60,538 nucleotides of DNA from a virus (Duplodnaviria > Caudoviricetes). Shown here in pieces: positions 29,887 to 38,261 of the stretch (its first letter is position 1; each line of letters starts with the position of its first letter). A program made the position numbers and the translations under genes. The stretch lies in IMG/VR virus record IMGVR_UViG_3300034374_004534, positions 1 through 60,538 of that record. One strand, 5' to 3'. The notes under the pieces are model-generated. The model saw only the letters and a program-made list of their open reading frames with translations, was not told where the DNA came from and made no database searches.

Positions 29887-30323
29887 TACGCATCGATGGC
29901 TTCAGAGATGTCCTCGTTCACCACAAACGAACCAAACAGGATTGTCTTGTGGATATCCAATCCGCCAGTAGTGCTTGGCTTGATGTACTGGATGTCGTAA
30001 GAGTACTTACCCGAAGCAATGGACCGCATCGTCAAAGCCGAAGCCTGAATGGTTGCGTTACCGCTGTCATCCACAGAAACTGGTTCAAAGTTGTTGGCAG
30101 CCTTGACACCCACGTCCGATGTGCCGAGGATGAGTCCACCCTTACCAGTTTCGTTAGGCAAGAGGTTCTCTCTCACCTGAACAATGAATCGGTAGTTGTC
30201 GGTAGCCAAAGGGAGTGCCGTACCCGCAGAGTCCTTGAGAGTGACTGTGAGCGTGAAGGTGTCACCACGCTTGCACGTGATGTCCAGTCTAGTAGATTCG
30301 TCGAGGTTTACTTTACTCGCCAT
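29886..30323 (-). CDS. Ig-like/BppU-type adaptor structural protein
   Basis: RGDTF...YSYDIQ...L.G.F.V..D. Confidence 0.55.
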   Translation of the reverse strand: MASKVNLDESTRLDITCKRGDTFTLTVTLKDSAGTALPLATDNYRFIVQVRENLLPNETGKGGLILGTSDVGVKAANNFEPVSVDDSGNATIQASALTMRSIASGKYSYDIQYIKPSTTGGLDIHKTILFGSFVVNEDISEAIDA

Positions 30324-32758
30324 TATTCAAACATATTTGTAAATGGTTGGGGCTCTCCTTGGATTTCTCCACGGTTGCCCTTGCGCTGTGAGATAAGCTG
30401 AGACTGCTTAACTGCTTGCTTATCAACACGTTCGTCCTTGCGATCCTCCTTGAGGACCTCCAGCTTTTCTTTAAACTCCTGCTCCTCTGTGCGGAATCCG
30501 AGAGTAGCCTGTGCTCTGATCATTTCGATCTGCTTGCGCATCTCGTGCTCCATCTGCATGCGCTGCAACTCCAACTGACTCTTCATCTGCTCCATCTGCA
30601 TATCGATCTCTGCTTTCATCTGCATCTCCTGCTGCTTGGCCTGAGATGCTGCTTGAGCTGACTGCTGAGCCACCTGAGCCTGCATAGCTGAGTTCTGCTG
30701 AGAGATCTCTTGCATGCGCTTCATGCGCTTGTTGCGACGAACCACGAGGAGTCTTTCCGCTTGATTGATGTCACGCATGTTTCGGATAGCAATGGCATCC
30801 TCGATATCCAACTCCTTCTGACCCAAGGCCATCTGGATGTTCTGCTCAAGGTACATGCGGTCCTTATCCTCCATGTCCTTAACTACCTGAACACCAAAGT
30901 TGTACATAGGTAGATCACCGAAGCTGCTGAGGACCTTCATGTTGGTCTCACCGATAGCGTTGGTGTAGGCTTTGTAGATAGGAGTTTCTTGAGGAAGGAT
31001 CTGCAGACACTTGACGATGTCTTCGCAAACCTTCTTGTAGATGACCATGGCTGCATTGGTGATGTCGTAGATGGCGTTGTTGCCAGCCGCGATGGCGTTC
31101 TGCTGAACACCCACCAACGTATCTCCCTTAGGAGTAGATGCATCCATCATCTCATTGATTCCCGTCACGTCGCGGATCATGCGGAGGTAGTGGTTGTACA
31201 AACTCACCAACTCGTTGATGTTGCGAATGTGGTTGTCAATGGTTCTGACAGGTGGGTTCTGAAATCCTCCCTCTGGGTTCTTGCTTCTGTAGTAGAAGAC
31301 ACCAGTCTGCTCGTAGATGTCGTGCAGCTCCAATGGCTGAAGCTCACCACCCTTACCGAGCTGGACATTCTCCAGTCCCTCGATGTCAATAATCAGTCCA
31401 TCAGGCTTCGCCTTGGCAAGTGCCTGCTGAAGCTTGAGGTGGGTGATCTGCAACATGTCCGCAAAGCCAACGCATCCGTCAATCAATGACTTAGGAATCA
31501 TACGTCTGATGTTCGTGGCGATGCACGAGTAAGACATACGAGCCTTAGAGATGTCGTGGATGTTCTTTGGGACGTTGCTCTTCATTCCGTAGTCGAAGAG
31601 CTTGTCGCAACCCATGATGTAGGAACCACCGTAGATGGTTTGAATCTCAAGCTTGTGAGGCTTGCGTGAGAACACGGAGTTCTTCTTCTCCTTGTAGTTA
31701 AATCCTTCGTAGAAGAAACCGCTGTTACCGTACTGATTCTCTTTCTCTTCGAAGTAGATGCAGTCAGTGGACACAAACTCAAAGTCCAAGATGTCAACCA
31801 TGAACTCATCGTAACCATACATGGTTCTGTTCAGGCTACGGTCGTACTGGGTGTCGTTGAGCTTTGACTTGTCGTACCCGTTCTGGTTTGCCACGGTGGT
31901 GGCGATTTTCTTGAAGTCCTCTTCTGTGAGCTGACCCCCAGCCAATCGCTTCAACTCGCTGATGCTCACGCGCTTAACGTGGCCAGCGTAGTTCAAGTCA
32001 TTCATACCGGGATCTTCGGTGTAGCTGTGGACGAAGTTGATTGGATCCACATACTCCTCCTTGATCCCGTAGCTTGGGTCGTTGCTTCTCTTGACGACGC
32101 CCATCCCCAGAGCGACGAGGTCATTAACGACCCTCCTGAAGATGCCGTCGTTGAAGTTGCTCCAAGACAAAGTCAGGTTCGTTCCAATCTGTGCAGCAAT
32201 CTCTGCATCAGTCTTCACGTTGGTTTCCAAGAAGATTTCAGCCTCCTCAAGAGTCTCTGGCAAAGTCTCTGGGTCATCACCCAGCACGAGCCCTCCAGTC
32301 ATCTCCTTAAGCTTCAAAAGCTCTTCACGGAGCATGACCTGATTCTTTACCCTGTTCTTCTCCTTTTGCTTCTCTGATGAAGAGATAGGATCAATCGCCT
32401 CAAGGTTAGGATACGGATCTCTTGACAGAATCTTGTTTGAGACAATCTTGGCGAACTTAGGGAGGATTGGGACAGGGGTGTAATCGAGGTTGACCAAACT
32501 GCCATCAGCATTGTTTGGATCGAGGTTGGTCAGGATCTGCTTGTAGATAGTTGTATCCTGAGTACCGTTGGCGTACTCCCTGTTACGCTCAAATGTTTTG
32601 TTTCGCTGTCTGATCAGAGAGTTCTGATTGGTCAGGCTTCCCCACTGGCTCTCGATAGCCTTGGCGTAGTTCGCGCCGTAAGCCTCTGAAGATTTTTCTT
32701 GTTGAGAAGCTAGCGGATCGGGGAAGTTGCTAGACTTCTTGTTACCATATGACTGCAT
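30323..32758 (-). CDS. Portal protein (crAss-like)
   Basis: 811 aa; NLD.TPVPILPKF, RDVTGINE..D.STP, Gln-rich C-terminal coil; next to TerL. Confidence 0.88.
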   Translation of the reverse strand: MQSYGNKKSSNFPDPLASQQEKSSEAYGANYAKAIESQWGSLTNQNSLIRQRNKTFERNREYANGTQDTTIYKQILTNLDPNNADGSLVNLDYTPVPILPKFAKIVSNKILSRDPYPNLEAIDPISSSEKQKEKNRVKNQVMLREELLKLKEMTGGLVLGDDPETLPETLEEAEIFLETNVKTDAEIAAQIGTNLTLSWSNFNDGIFRRVVNDLVALGMGVVKRSNDPSYGIKEEYVDPINFVHSYTEDPGMNDLNYAGHVKRVSISELKRLAGGQLTEEDFKKIATTVANQNGYDKSKLNDTQYDRSLNRTMYGYDEFMVDILDFEFVSTDCIYFEEKENQYGNSGFFYEGFNYKEKKNSVFSRKPHKLEIQTIYGGSYIMGCDKLFDYGMKSNVPKNIHDISKARMSYSCIATNIRRMIPKSLIDGCVGFADMLQITHLKLQQALAKAKPDGLIIDIEGLENVQLGKGGELQPLELHDIYEQTGVFYYRSKNPEGGFQNPPVRTIDNHIRNINELVSLYNHYLRMIRDVTGINEMMDASTPKGDTLVGVQQNAIAAGNNAIYDITNAAMVIYKKVCEDIVKCLQILPQETPIYKAYTNAIGETNMKVLSSFGDLPMYNFGVQVVKDMEDKDRMYLEQNIQMALGQKELDIEDAIAIRNMRDINQAERLLVVRRNKRMKRMQEISQQNSAMQAQVAQQSAQAASQAKQQEMQMKAEIDMQMEQMKSQLELQRMQMEHEMRKQIEMIRAQATLGFRTEEQEFKEKLEVLKEDRKDERVDKQAVKQSQLISQRKGNRGEIQGEPQPFTNMFE

Positions 32759-32778
32759 TACTGTGGGCGCATTTTGTG

Positions 32779-32786
32779 CAAATATA
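32779..32786 (-). promoter_or_regulatory. -7 promoter box upstream of portal
   Basis: TATATTTG-CACAAA-ATG(CGC CCA CAG TAA)TG. Confidence 0.65.
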
Positions 32787-32791
32787 AGAAA

Positions 32792-34915
32792 TTACCCGAT
32801 GGGCTTATATCGCCTAAAGAACTTGGCCTCAGTCAGGTTAGACTCCTTCTTTTTTTGTTTAATTTTCTGGGCAGCAAGGAGGCATAGACCAGAACTAATA
32901 GAAAGGTCAAACTTGGTTCTGTTGTCGATCTTAAAACCAATCCAGTCCTCCAGCGTTGCATTGAAGTACATCTTCCCGTAATCTCCAGTATCCCTGTTGA
33001 TGCCTACGTAGTCGTGGATGTAGGCTTCGATTGCATGAGCATGAGCCTGAATAACCTCCTGAGAGTTAGAAGGTATACCCTTGGTCTTCACGTTCACTTT
33101 AGCGTTGGGGGCGGAAAGATGTCTTGGGCGATTCATTAAGTAACCGTCGTAACCTCTTGACTCAAAGTATCTTGCGATACCGTACTTGTTGTTCTCGATC
33201 AAGAGAGGGTACCCATAGAAGACCGCTGCCATGAGGCAGTCCTCGTAGAAGATCTTAGCTAAAGGTGGACGGGACGCATACTCCACTACAAACATGTTCG
33301 ATGGATGCTCCATGTGAAACTTGTTGTAGAGATGTAGCGCACCCTTAGACCCCCGTCCGTCGACGGTGGCATCGAGGTCATAAGAGTCAACCCCGCCTAC
33401 CCCCAGCTCTGCATTGGGTGGAATACGTTTGTTTCTTTCGAACTTCTTCTGGTTCCTCAGCTCTTCGGGTGGCATCCATGCAACTCGAAACCTGCCTTGG
33501 GGGTCAGGCTTGAAGACCACTTGGGTGTCCTGAACGCCGTTCTTCCATACGAAGTTACCCCTGACTACAGGGTTGGGGAACAGGTCGTCGTTGTACTGAA
33601 CCTGCTCATAGATCTTGCCGATGTTGAAGAGACTACCTTCGATACTGTCACGGAAAGCCTCGTCAGTGGTGAAGGGGAACTGCCTCGTTATCTCATTGAG
33701 TTCCGAAGGATCATCCTTAAGACTCTCTCTTTCATTCTTGAGAAAGGTCTTCGCACCCATAAAAACAGAATCGCCGTCAAGCCCATCCACCACAACAGGA
33801 GGGTCGTCAACAATGGGTCTACCGTAAACATCGAAAAATCCTTCTAATGATTCGTACGAAGGTATAAAAAGTCGGTACAGTCCAGATCGGGTTCTACCAT
33901 TTGCGTTTCTCTGGGTAGGGTCGGAGTCAGCCCACAAGTCCTTGTACTCCTTGCCACCCTTATCCATAGGATTCACGGTGCTACCAACCAGAGCCTTGCC
34001 TACAATCTTGCGTCCAACGATGAGACACGTACGCTGGATCCTCCAAGCGTCACGGATGTCTGTTGGCTTCTCCCACTTGCCCGCCTCATCGAGATACAAG
34101 ATGTGAAGCTTCTCACCGTCGTATGCGTTGTTAGTGGTATTCTTCCAGTTGATGACCGTGTTCAGGGCTTCTCCCGAGAGAGAAGTTTTATTGTTCTTCG
34201 TAATACGTTTTGAAGGCTCTCTAAAAGCGAGCTCCATCCTTGGGTTGGTTGTACCATCTTGAATTGGTTTAAAGAAGAACGGGTAGTGACGGAACATTTG
34301 AACCACCTTCTTCATGAAGATGTTCTCCTGAGCATCCTTACCCGTCTTGGATTGAATACCTAACAGCTTGTCCTTGACCTGTGTGGCCTCATCTAGAAGC
34401 ACAGACGAGCAGATATTCGTATACCCGCTACGCCTGCACTTCGTGTAGAGCTGCCCGATACATCGGGAGTCCGCCTCACACGCTGCCATATGTATGAAAA
34501 TATCTCTCTGAAAGGACAGGAAGCTAGGATAACCAATATCCAGCTTCGTCCATTGAAGCATCATGTAGTGACGCCCCGTAATGTATGTAGGCTCACCGTC
34601 ATTAAAAAACCAAAAGCCCTCACGCCGACGGCGAAACTCCTCCTCGATATACGGAGAAAACCTTTGTCTGAACTCCCTAGGCATCTCGCTCCACTCATCC
34701 ATAGAACGAACCCTAGACAACTCCTCGGGCATAGACCGCCTCTTCCACATTTGCATGTCGACTGACTCTCCATATCCCGCAATCTCCTCTTCGGGAGGCT
34801 GAGCGGGAAGAACAATGACCAGCCCACCGAGCTCGATAACGTCACCCTGTGTGCCCTTGGGACAAATTGAGATAGCAAGGTCCTCATACTCTTCTATGTT
34901 GACGAGAGACCCCAT
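32792..34915 (-). CDS. terL: Terminase large subunit
   Basis: K.RRSG Walker A variant, LYLDEAGKW Walker B, GST coupling motif, GVDSYD nuclease, IENNK, FD.SISSG. Confidence 0.92.
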   Translation of the reverse strand: MGSLVNIEEYEDLAISICPKGTQGDVIELGGLVIVLPAQPPEEEIAGYGESVDMQMWKRRSMPEELSRVRSMDEWSEMPREFRQRFSPYIEEEFRRRREGFWFFNDGEPTYITGRHYMMLQWTKLDIGYPSFLSFQRDIFIHMAACEADSRCIGQLYTKCRRSGYTNICSSVLLDEATQVKDKLLGIQSKTGKDAQENIFMKKVVQMFRHYPFFFKPIQDGTTNPRMELAFREPSKRITKNNKTSLSGEALNTVINWKNTTNNAYDGEKLHILYLDEAGKWEKPTDIRDAWRIQRTCLIVGRKIVGKALVGSTVNPMDKGGKEYKDLWADSDPTQRNANGRTRSGLYRLFIPSYESLEGFFDVYGRPIVDDPPVVVDGLDGDSVFMGAKTFLKNERESLKDDPSELNEITRQFPFTTDEAFRDSIEGSLFNIGKIYEQVQYNDDLFPNPVVRGNFVWKNGVQDTQVVFKPDPQGRFRVAWMPPEELRNQKKFERNKRIPPNAELGVGGVDSYDLDATVDGRGSKGALHLYNKFHMEHPSNMFVVEYASRPPLAKIFYEDCLMAAVFYGYPLLIENNKYGIARYFESRGYDGYLMNRPRHLSAPNAKVNVKTKGIPSNSQEVIQAHAHAIEAYIHDYVGINRDTGDYGKMYFNATLEDWIGFKIDNRTKFDLSISSGLCLLAAQKIKQKKKESNLTEAKFFRRYKPIG

Positions 34916-35097
34916 CAGAATACCTGACCGTACCGATTGCTTCGGAAACTTGGTGCACCAGACTTAGGGTCTTTGAGGTCCATGTATTTGCCGCATAGGC
35001 ATTGGATGTCATGCTTAGCAGATCCGTCGATGATCTTGATGGATACGCCGCTCCTACTCTCTTCGTGGTCGCAGCATTTGCAGATGTAATCAGCCAT
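34915..35097 (-). CDS. Small zinc-ribbon protein
   Basis: CKCC...C.CG cysteine pairs; TGATG coupling to terL. Confidence 0.6.
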   Translation of the reverse strand: MADYICKCCDHEESRSGVSIKIIDGSAKHDIQCLCGKYMDLKDPKSGAPSFRSNRYGQVF

Positions 35098-35115
35098 GAT
35101 TGTTTATTTAATTTG

Positions 35116-35189
35116 TACGCGAGGAGGGAATCGAACCCCCAGCCTACACTTTAGAAGAGTGTTGCTCTATCCAGTTGAGCTACTCGCGC
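35116..35189 (-). tRNA. tRNA-Arg(TCT)
   Basis: GCGCGAG/CTCGCGT acceptor, AGCTCAACTGGATAGAGC D arm, ACACT-CTTCTAA-AGTGT anticodon arm, GTTCGATTC T loop; CCA not encoded. Confidence 0.93.
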
Positions 35190-35195
35190 GTTCTG

Positions 35196-35552
35196 TTATT
35201 TGTTTCTTCTCTCGTGTGTCTTTAATCTGTGGCAGTTGGCGCACCTAACTTCGCATTTTCTGATCTCTTCTTTTATTGTAGTCAGTCCATAAGACTGATT
35301 CACCATGTCAGCTATGTTGTTGATCTTGTCTCCCCTTACGTGATCAAACTCAAGGATAATTGGATTGTTTACTCCGCAGTCAACACAACCGTACATTCTC
35401 TTTACTCTGCTGACAAACTCCCTAGACCATTTGCGCTGGTTCCTATTGAATGCCTTAGCCTTATCCTTGTAAGCTTTCTTATGCTTTTGATAATGCTTCT
35501 TTTGGTACTCTCTGTTGTAGCGCCTACGAGCTTCGGGGTCTTTCAGTGGCAT
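35196..35552 (-). CDS. HNH endonuclease-like protein
   Basis: C.DCG...LEFDH...C.VRCANCH. Confidence 0.75.
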   Translation of the reverse strand: MPLKDPEARRRYNREYQKKHYQKHKKAYKDKAKAFNRNQRKWSREFVSRVKRMYGCVDCGVNNPIILEFDHVRGDKINNIADMVNQSYGLTTIKEEIRKCEVRCANCHRLKTHERRNK

Positions 35553-35633
35553 CAGTCCTCGAATTCATCGTTCCAAGACTCTTCCCAGAATTTGAAATCG
35601 GTCTTGTTTTTTTGAAAGACGATTGCCCTCCAA

Positions 35634-35924
35634 TCATTTAGAGAATCTCTCAGCGAAACCTCCGCTGTAGTCTTTTGCTTCTCCGATCTCTCCATTGCTC
35701 TGTAGGTCTTTAATCATTTGCTCCAACCGCTGACGCTCAACGATTAGCTCCTTACAATCAGTAGCGGTCTGCTTGATAGACTGAAGCTCAGCCTTGCGTG
35801 CGCTTCCGTTGACCTCTGGGTCTACTGGCTTCTTGATCTCATCAATCATGTTGTTAATGGCGACCTCCATGCTCTCCATAAGCCTGCCAGCAGCCTCAAT
35901 CGTTGTGAACTTCTTGCGTGGCAA
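35634..35924 (-). CDS. Putative terminase small subunit
   Basis: Small helical protein ending GFAERFSK upstream of terL; positional inference. Confidence 0.45.
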   Translation of the reverse strand: MPRKKFTTIEAAGRLMESMEVAINNMIDEIKKPVDPEVNGSARKAELQSIKQTATDCKELIVERQRLEQMIKDLQSNGEIGEAKDYSGGFAERFSK

Positions 35925-36165
35925 AGCGTACGTATTGTGGTGTTTTCTCTCCCATGTATGCTCCTACGACGTTGTAGTTTAAGTACTCCACCGCATCCTC
36001 ATACTCCAGCCCCTCGCAAATAAGAATCTCAATCATCTTGTCGATGTCGTAGATGGCCACGACGTTAGCACCGTAGGTGCAACCAACAAGCGCATCGTCA
36101 AAGCCGTCAGCTGTGAGGCATTCTTCCTCAGCAAGGATCTCCATAAGTTCCTCCCTGTCCATCAC
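35896..36165 (-). CDS. Conserved phage hypothetical protein
   Basis: ADGFD.A..G...YD...EY..YN..GAY.GE.TP. Confidence 0.7.
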   Translation of the reverse strand: MMDREELMEILAEEECLTADGFDDALVGCTYGANVVAIYDIDKMIEILICEGLEYEDAVEYLNYNVVGAYMGEKTPQYVRFATQEVHND

Positions 36166-36752
36166 TTCTCTACGTATAAGAGGTCCTCAGTACGGGTACG
36201 GTAGTGCTCCTTTCCGTCGATCTTGATTCGGTAGTCTGCGTTCTTCACAAACCCAACGATATCCCCCTTTTTGACTCCGAGCTCTTCAAGCCATGGAGCA
36301 TCGAAAGAGACGCGGCCCTTACGAGGGAGCTTATCGTTCAGCTCAATAACCTCGATGACGTCAGACACAAACTCATCTTCCTGATCCACCGACTCTAGAA
36401 GAGCCCAGCCTCCGATAGGCTTTACCTCCCCAGTGTCCTTGCACTTGAACGCAATGGCTTGATTACCAATGGTGTGCTTCGGATCAAACCGTACAATGTA
36501 GTTGTTGTCGTTGCCAGTAAGTGGCTGACCGTCGTTGATTACAACGTGGTGGTGGAAGTAGAGGGTATCTCCTTCCTTGACGCCTGTGTTGTGCTTGACG
36601 GGGGCGCATACCACGGGCCCCTCTGTGATTCGGTTATTGAACTCACCCATTTCAAATCGGGTATCGATGTAGAGTTCCAACCCACTGTCCGTAGTGATGG
36701 TGTCATTGACCCTTTTTTCTAGCTCAACGACGAATAGATCGAGTGTTTTCAT
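36162..36752 (-). CDS. groES: Co-chaperonin GroES-like protein with two tandem domains
   Basis: T.SGL, G.VV..P, VKEGD.L.F, then P.GGW.L.E, G.V, GVKKGD.V.F, I.G..Y. Confidence 0.7.
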   Translation of the reverse strand: MKTLDLFVVELEKRVNDTITTDSGLELYIDTRFEMGEFNNRITEGPVVCAPVKHNTGVKEGDTLYFHHHVVINDGQPLTGNDNNYIVRFDPKHTIGNQAIAFKCKDTGEVKPIGGWALLESVDQEDEFVSDVIEVIELNDKLPRKGRVSFDAPWLEELGVKKGDIVGFVKNADYRIKIDGKEHYRTRTEDLLYVEK

Positions 36753-36989
36753 TTAGAAGTTGCAATCGAATTCAATTAAACATGGCATGTCGTCTACGGC
36801 TTTCCATAGAACCTGCCCTTCATCGTTCTCCAAATATACAAGATATCTAGTCTTTCCGTGAAGGTGCAGATGCCTGTCATCTAATACGATTGCACAAACT
36901 TCTCCGCTGCCAGCTCTCATGCCTACATAATAGGCCATGGCGTTCTTCGGATCTCTCCCGATAATAATCTTCCTAATAAGTCCTTCCAT
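36753..36989 (-). CDS. Conserved phage hypothetical protein
   Basis: IRKI.IG.D.K.AM.Y.VG...WK....MP..IE.D. Confidence 0.65.
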   Translation of the reverse strand: MEGLIRKIIIGRDPKNAMAYYVGMRAGSGEVCAIVLDDRHLHLHGKTRYLVYLENDEGQVLWKAVDDMPCLIEFDCNF

Positions 36990-37304
36990 TCAATTAAGGG
37001 AAATCCCAAGACCGCTGATCAGATCGTCTAGATCTGGTCCTTCGTCCTCAGGAGGTGAGTATGAGTCGGTCATGAAGTCCTTGACAATCTCAAGCTCTCC
37101 CTCAGTTTGAATGTTGTAGTGGAAGAAAGCCTTCATATTGCTGGTCTCTTCATCAAAAGGCTCCAGCAAACCTACGACAAAAGCTGAAATAACTTTATCT
37201 TCTAATCCGTATTTATGGACTAACTCGGAGAGGGCACCAGACAACTCCTGCATTTCGAACCAAAAACCCTCTTCCTCCATGTCGTTGTACCGATCCATAT
37301 CCAT
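36990..37304 (-). CDS. Acidic hypothetical protein
   Basis: 104-aa ORF; start uncertain. Confidence 0.6.
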   Translation of the reverse strand: MDMDRYNDMEEEGFWFEMQELSGALSELVHKYGLEDKVISAFVVGLLEPFDEETSNMKAFFHYNIQTEGELEIVKDFMTDSYSPPEDEGPDLDDLISGLGISLN

Positions 37305-37727
37305 ATGCCAAAAAGTTTAGTTTCGAAAAAGAAGCTCTTCAGGGACTTCTCCTACCTTAATCAAAGGTACGTAAAAAAAAATCACCTTAAGTATCTGAGA
37401 ACTAGGACACTAGGGTTCTGCAAGAGATACGACATCTTCGAGAAAGAGCTGAACTTCATGCTGTGGGCGTATGACCTAGAGTTCTGGACACTCGACTTTG
37501 CAGCAGAAGACTACGAGTACAACAAGACTAAGCTTGCGGATCGAATTGTATATCAGTTAGTTAACGAGGGTTACGTGTACAAACACTTTGATAAACTCAC
37601 CCCCTCAGACTCCAGAGAAGATCACCTGTTCCGTGAGGAGACGAAGATGAACTACCGAGTTAGATATGCCCTAACGCAGAAAGCCCGCTTGTTAGTGCAG
37701 GCTTTCTACAGAGAACTAGAAGGCTGA
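37305..37727 (+). CDS. Putative winged-helix (MarR-like) DNA-binding protein
   Basis: LV.EGYV...RYALTQKAR wing motif; lone plus-strand gene in the late arm. Confidence 0.55.
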   Translation: MPKSLVSKKKLFRDFSYLNQRYVKKNHLKYLRTRTLGFCKRYDIFEKELNFMLWAYDLEFWTLDFAAEDYEYNKTKLADRIVYQLVNEGYVYKHFDKLTPSDSREDHLFREETKMNYRVRYALTQKARLLVQAFYRELEG

Positions 37728-37880
37728 TTAGATCAGCTCTTTGAGCGCAGAGAGCAAGCAGGCGTCGTTCTCCAACGTACCGCCGTCTTCGGTCACCCTC
37801 TTGTCGAAAGCAGATCTGAGTAGCTCCTCCAGAGGAGATACGGGAGCCCCATGGATCAGAGATGTTCCAAGTCCTAACAT
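37728..37880 (-). CDS. 50-aa protein MLGLGTSL... (not in ORF track)
   Basis: TGATG coupling; fills the gap to the stop of the opposing gene. Confidence 0.55.
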   Translation of the reverse strand: MLGLGTSLIHGAPVSPLEELLRSAFDKRVTEDGGTLENDACLLSALKELI

Positions 37881-38248
37881 CAGTCTTCGTCTTCAGGTTC
37901 GGGGAACAAATCAGGACGCTGCACTTTGCACTCTTCGATCCACTCAGCGATGGCACTAGAGGACCCGAACATGTGAACACCCATAGGAGCGCACCACACC
38001 ATCTGGTTGTCCCAGTCGGTATCAGGGTCTCCGTTCCACAACACGTCTACGTGGTAGTTGTCTGACAGTACAGCTGCTGTAAGCTCGTTACCGTCGTCAT
38101 CGTAAGTGGCTGGGGTAGTCACGATGTTGCCTAGGCGCACGATGGAGTGTGAGTGCGTAGGGTTGCCTTCGGAGTCAAGGCCGAGGGCGTTGATCTTCGT
38201 AGTTGCAGCTGACTTGCTGCCAAACTCGTATTTTCTAAATGTTCTCAT
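37880..38248 (-). CDS. Fibre-associated small protein
   Basis: LG.IV.TP.TYD.DGNE......YHVDVLW; follows fibre genes. Confidence 0.6.
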   Translation of the reverse strand: MRTFRKYEFGSKSAATTKINALGLDSEGNPTHSHSIVRLGNIVTTPATYDDDGNELTAAVLSDNYHVDVLWNGDPDTDWDNQMVWCAPMGVHMFGSSSAIAEWIEECKVQRPDLFPEPEDED

Positions 38249-38261
38249 GGTTTCTTACAGA

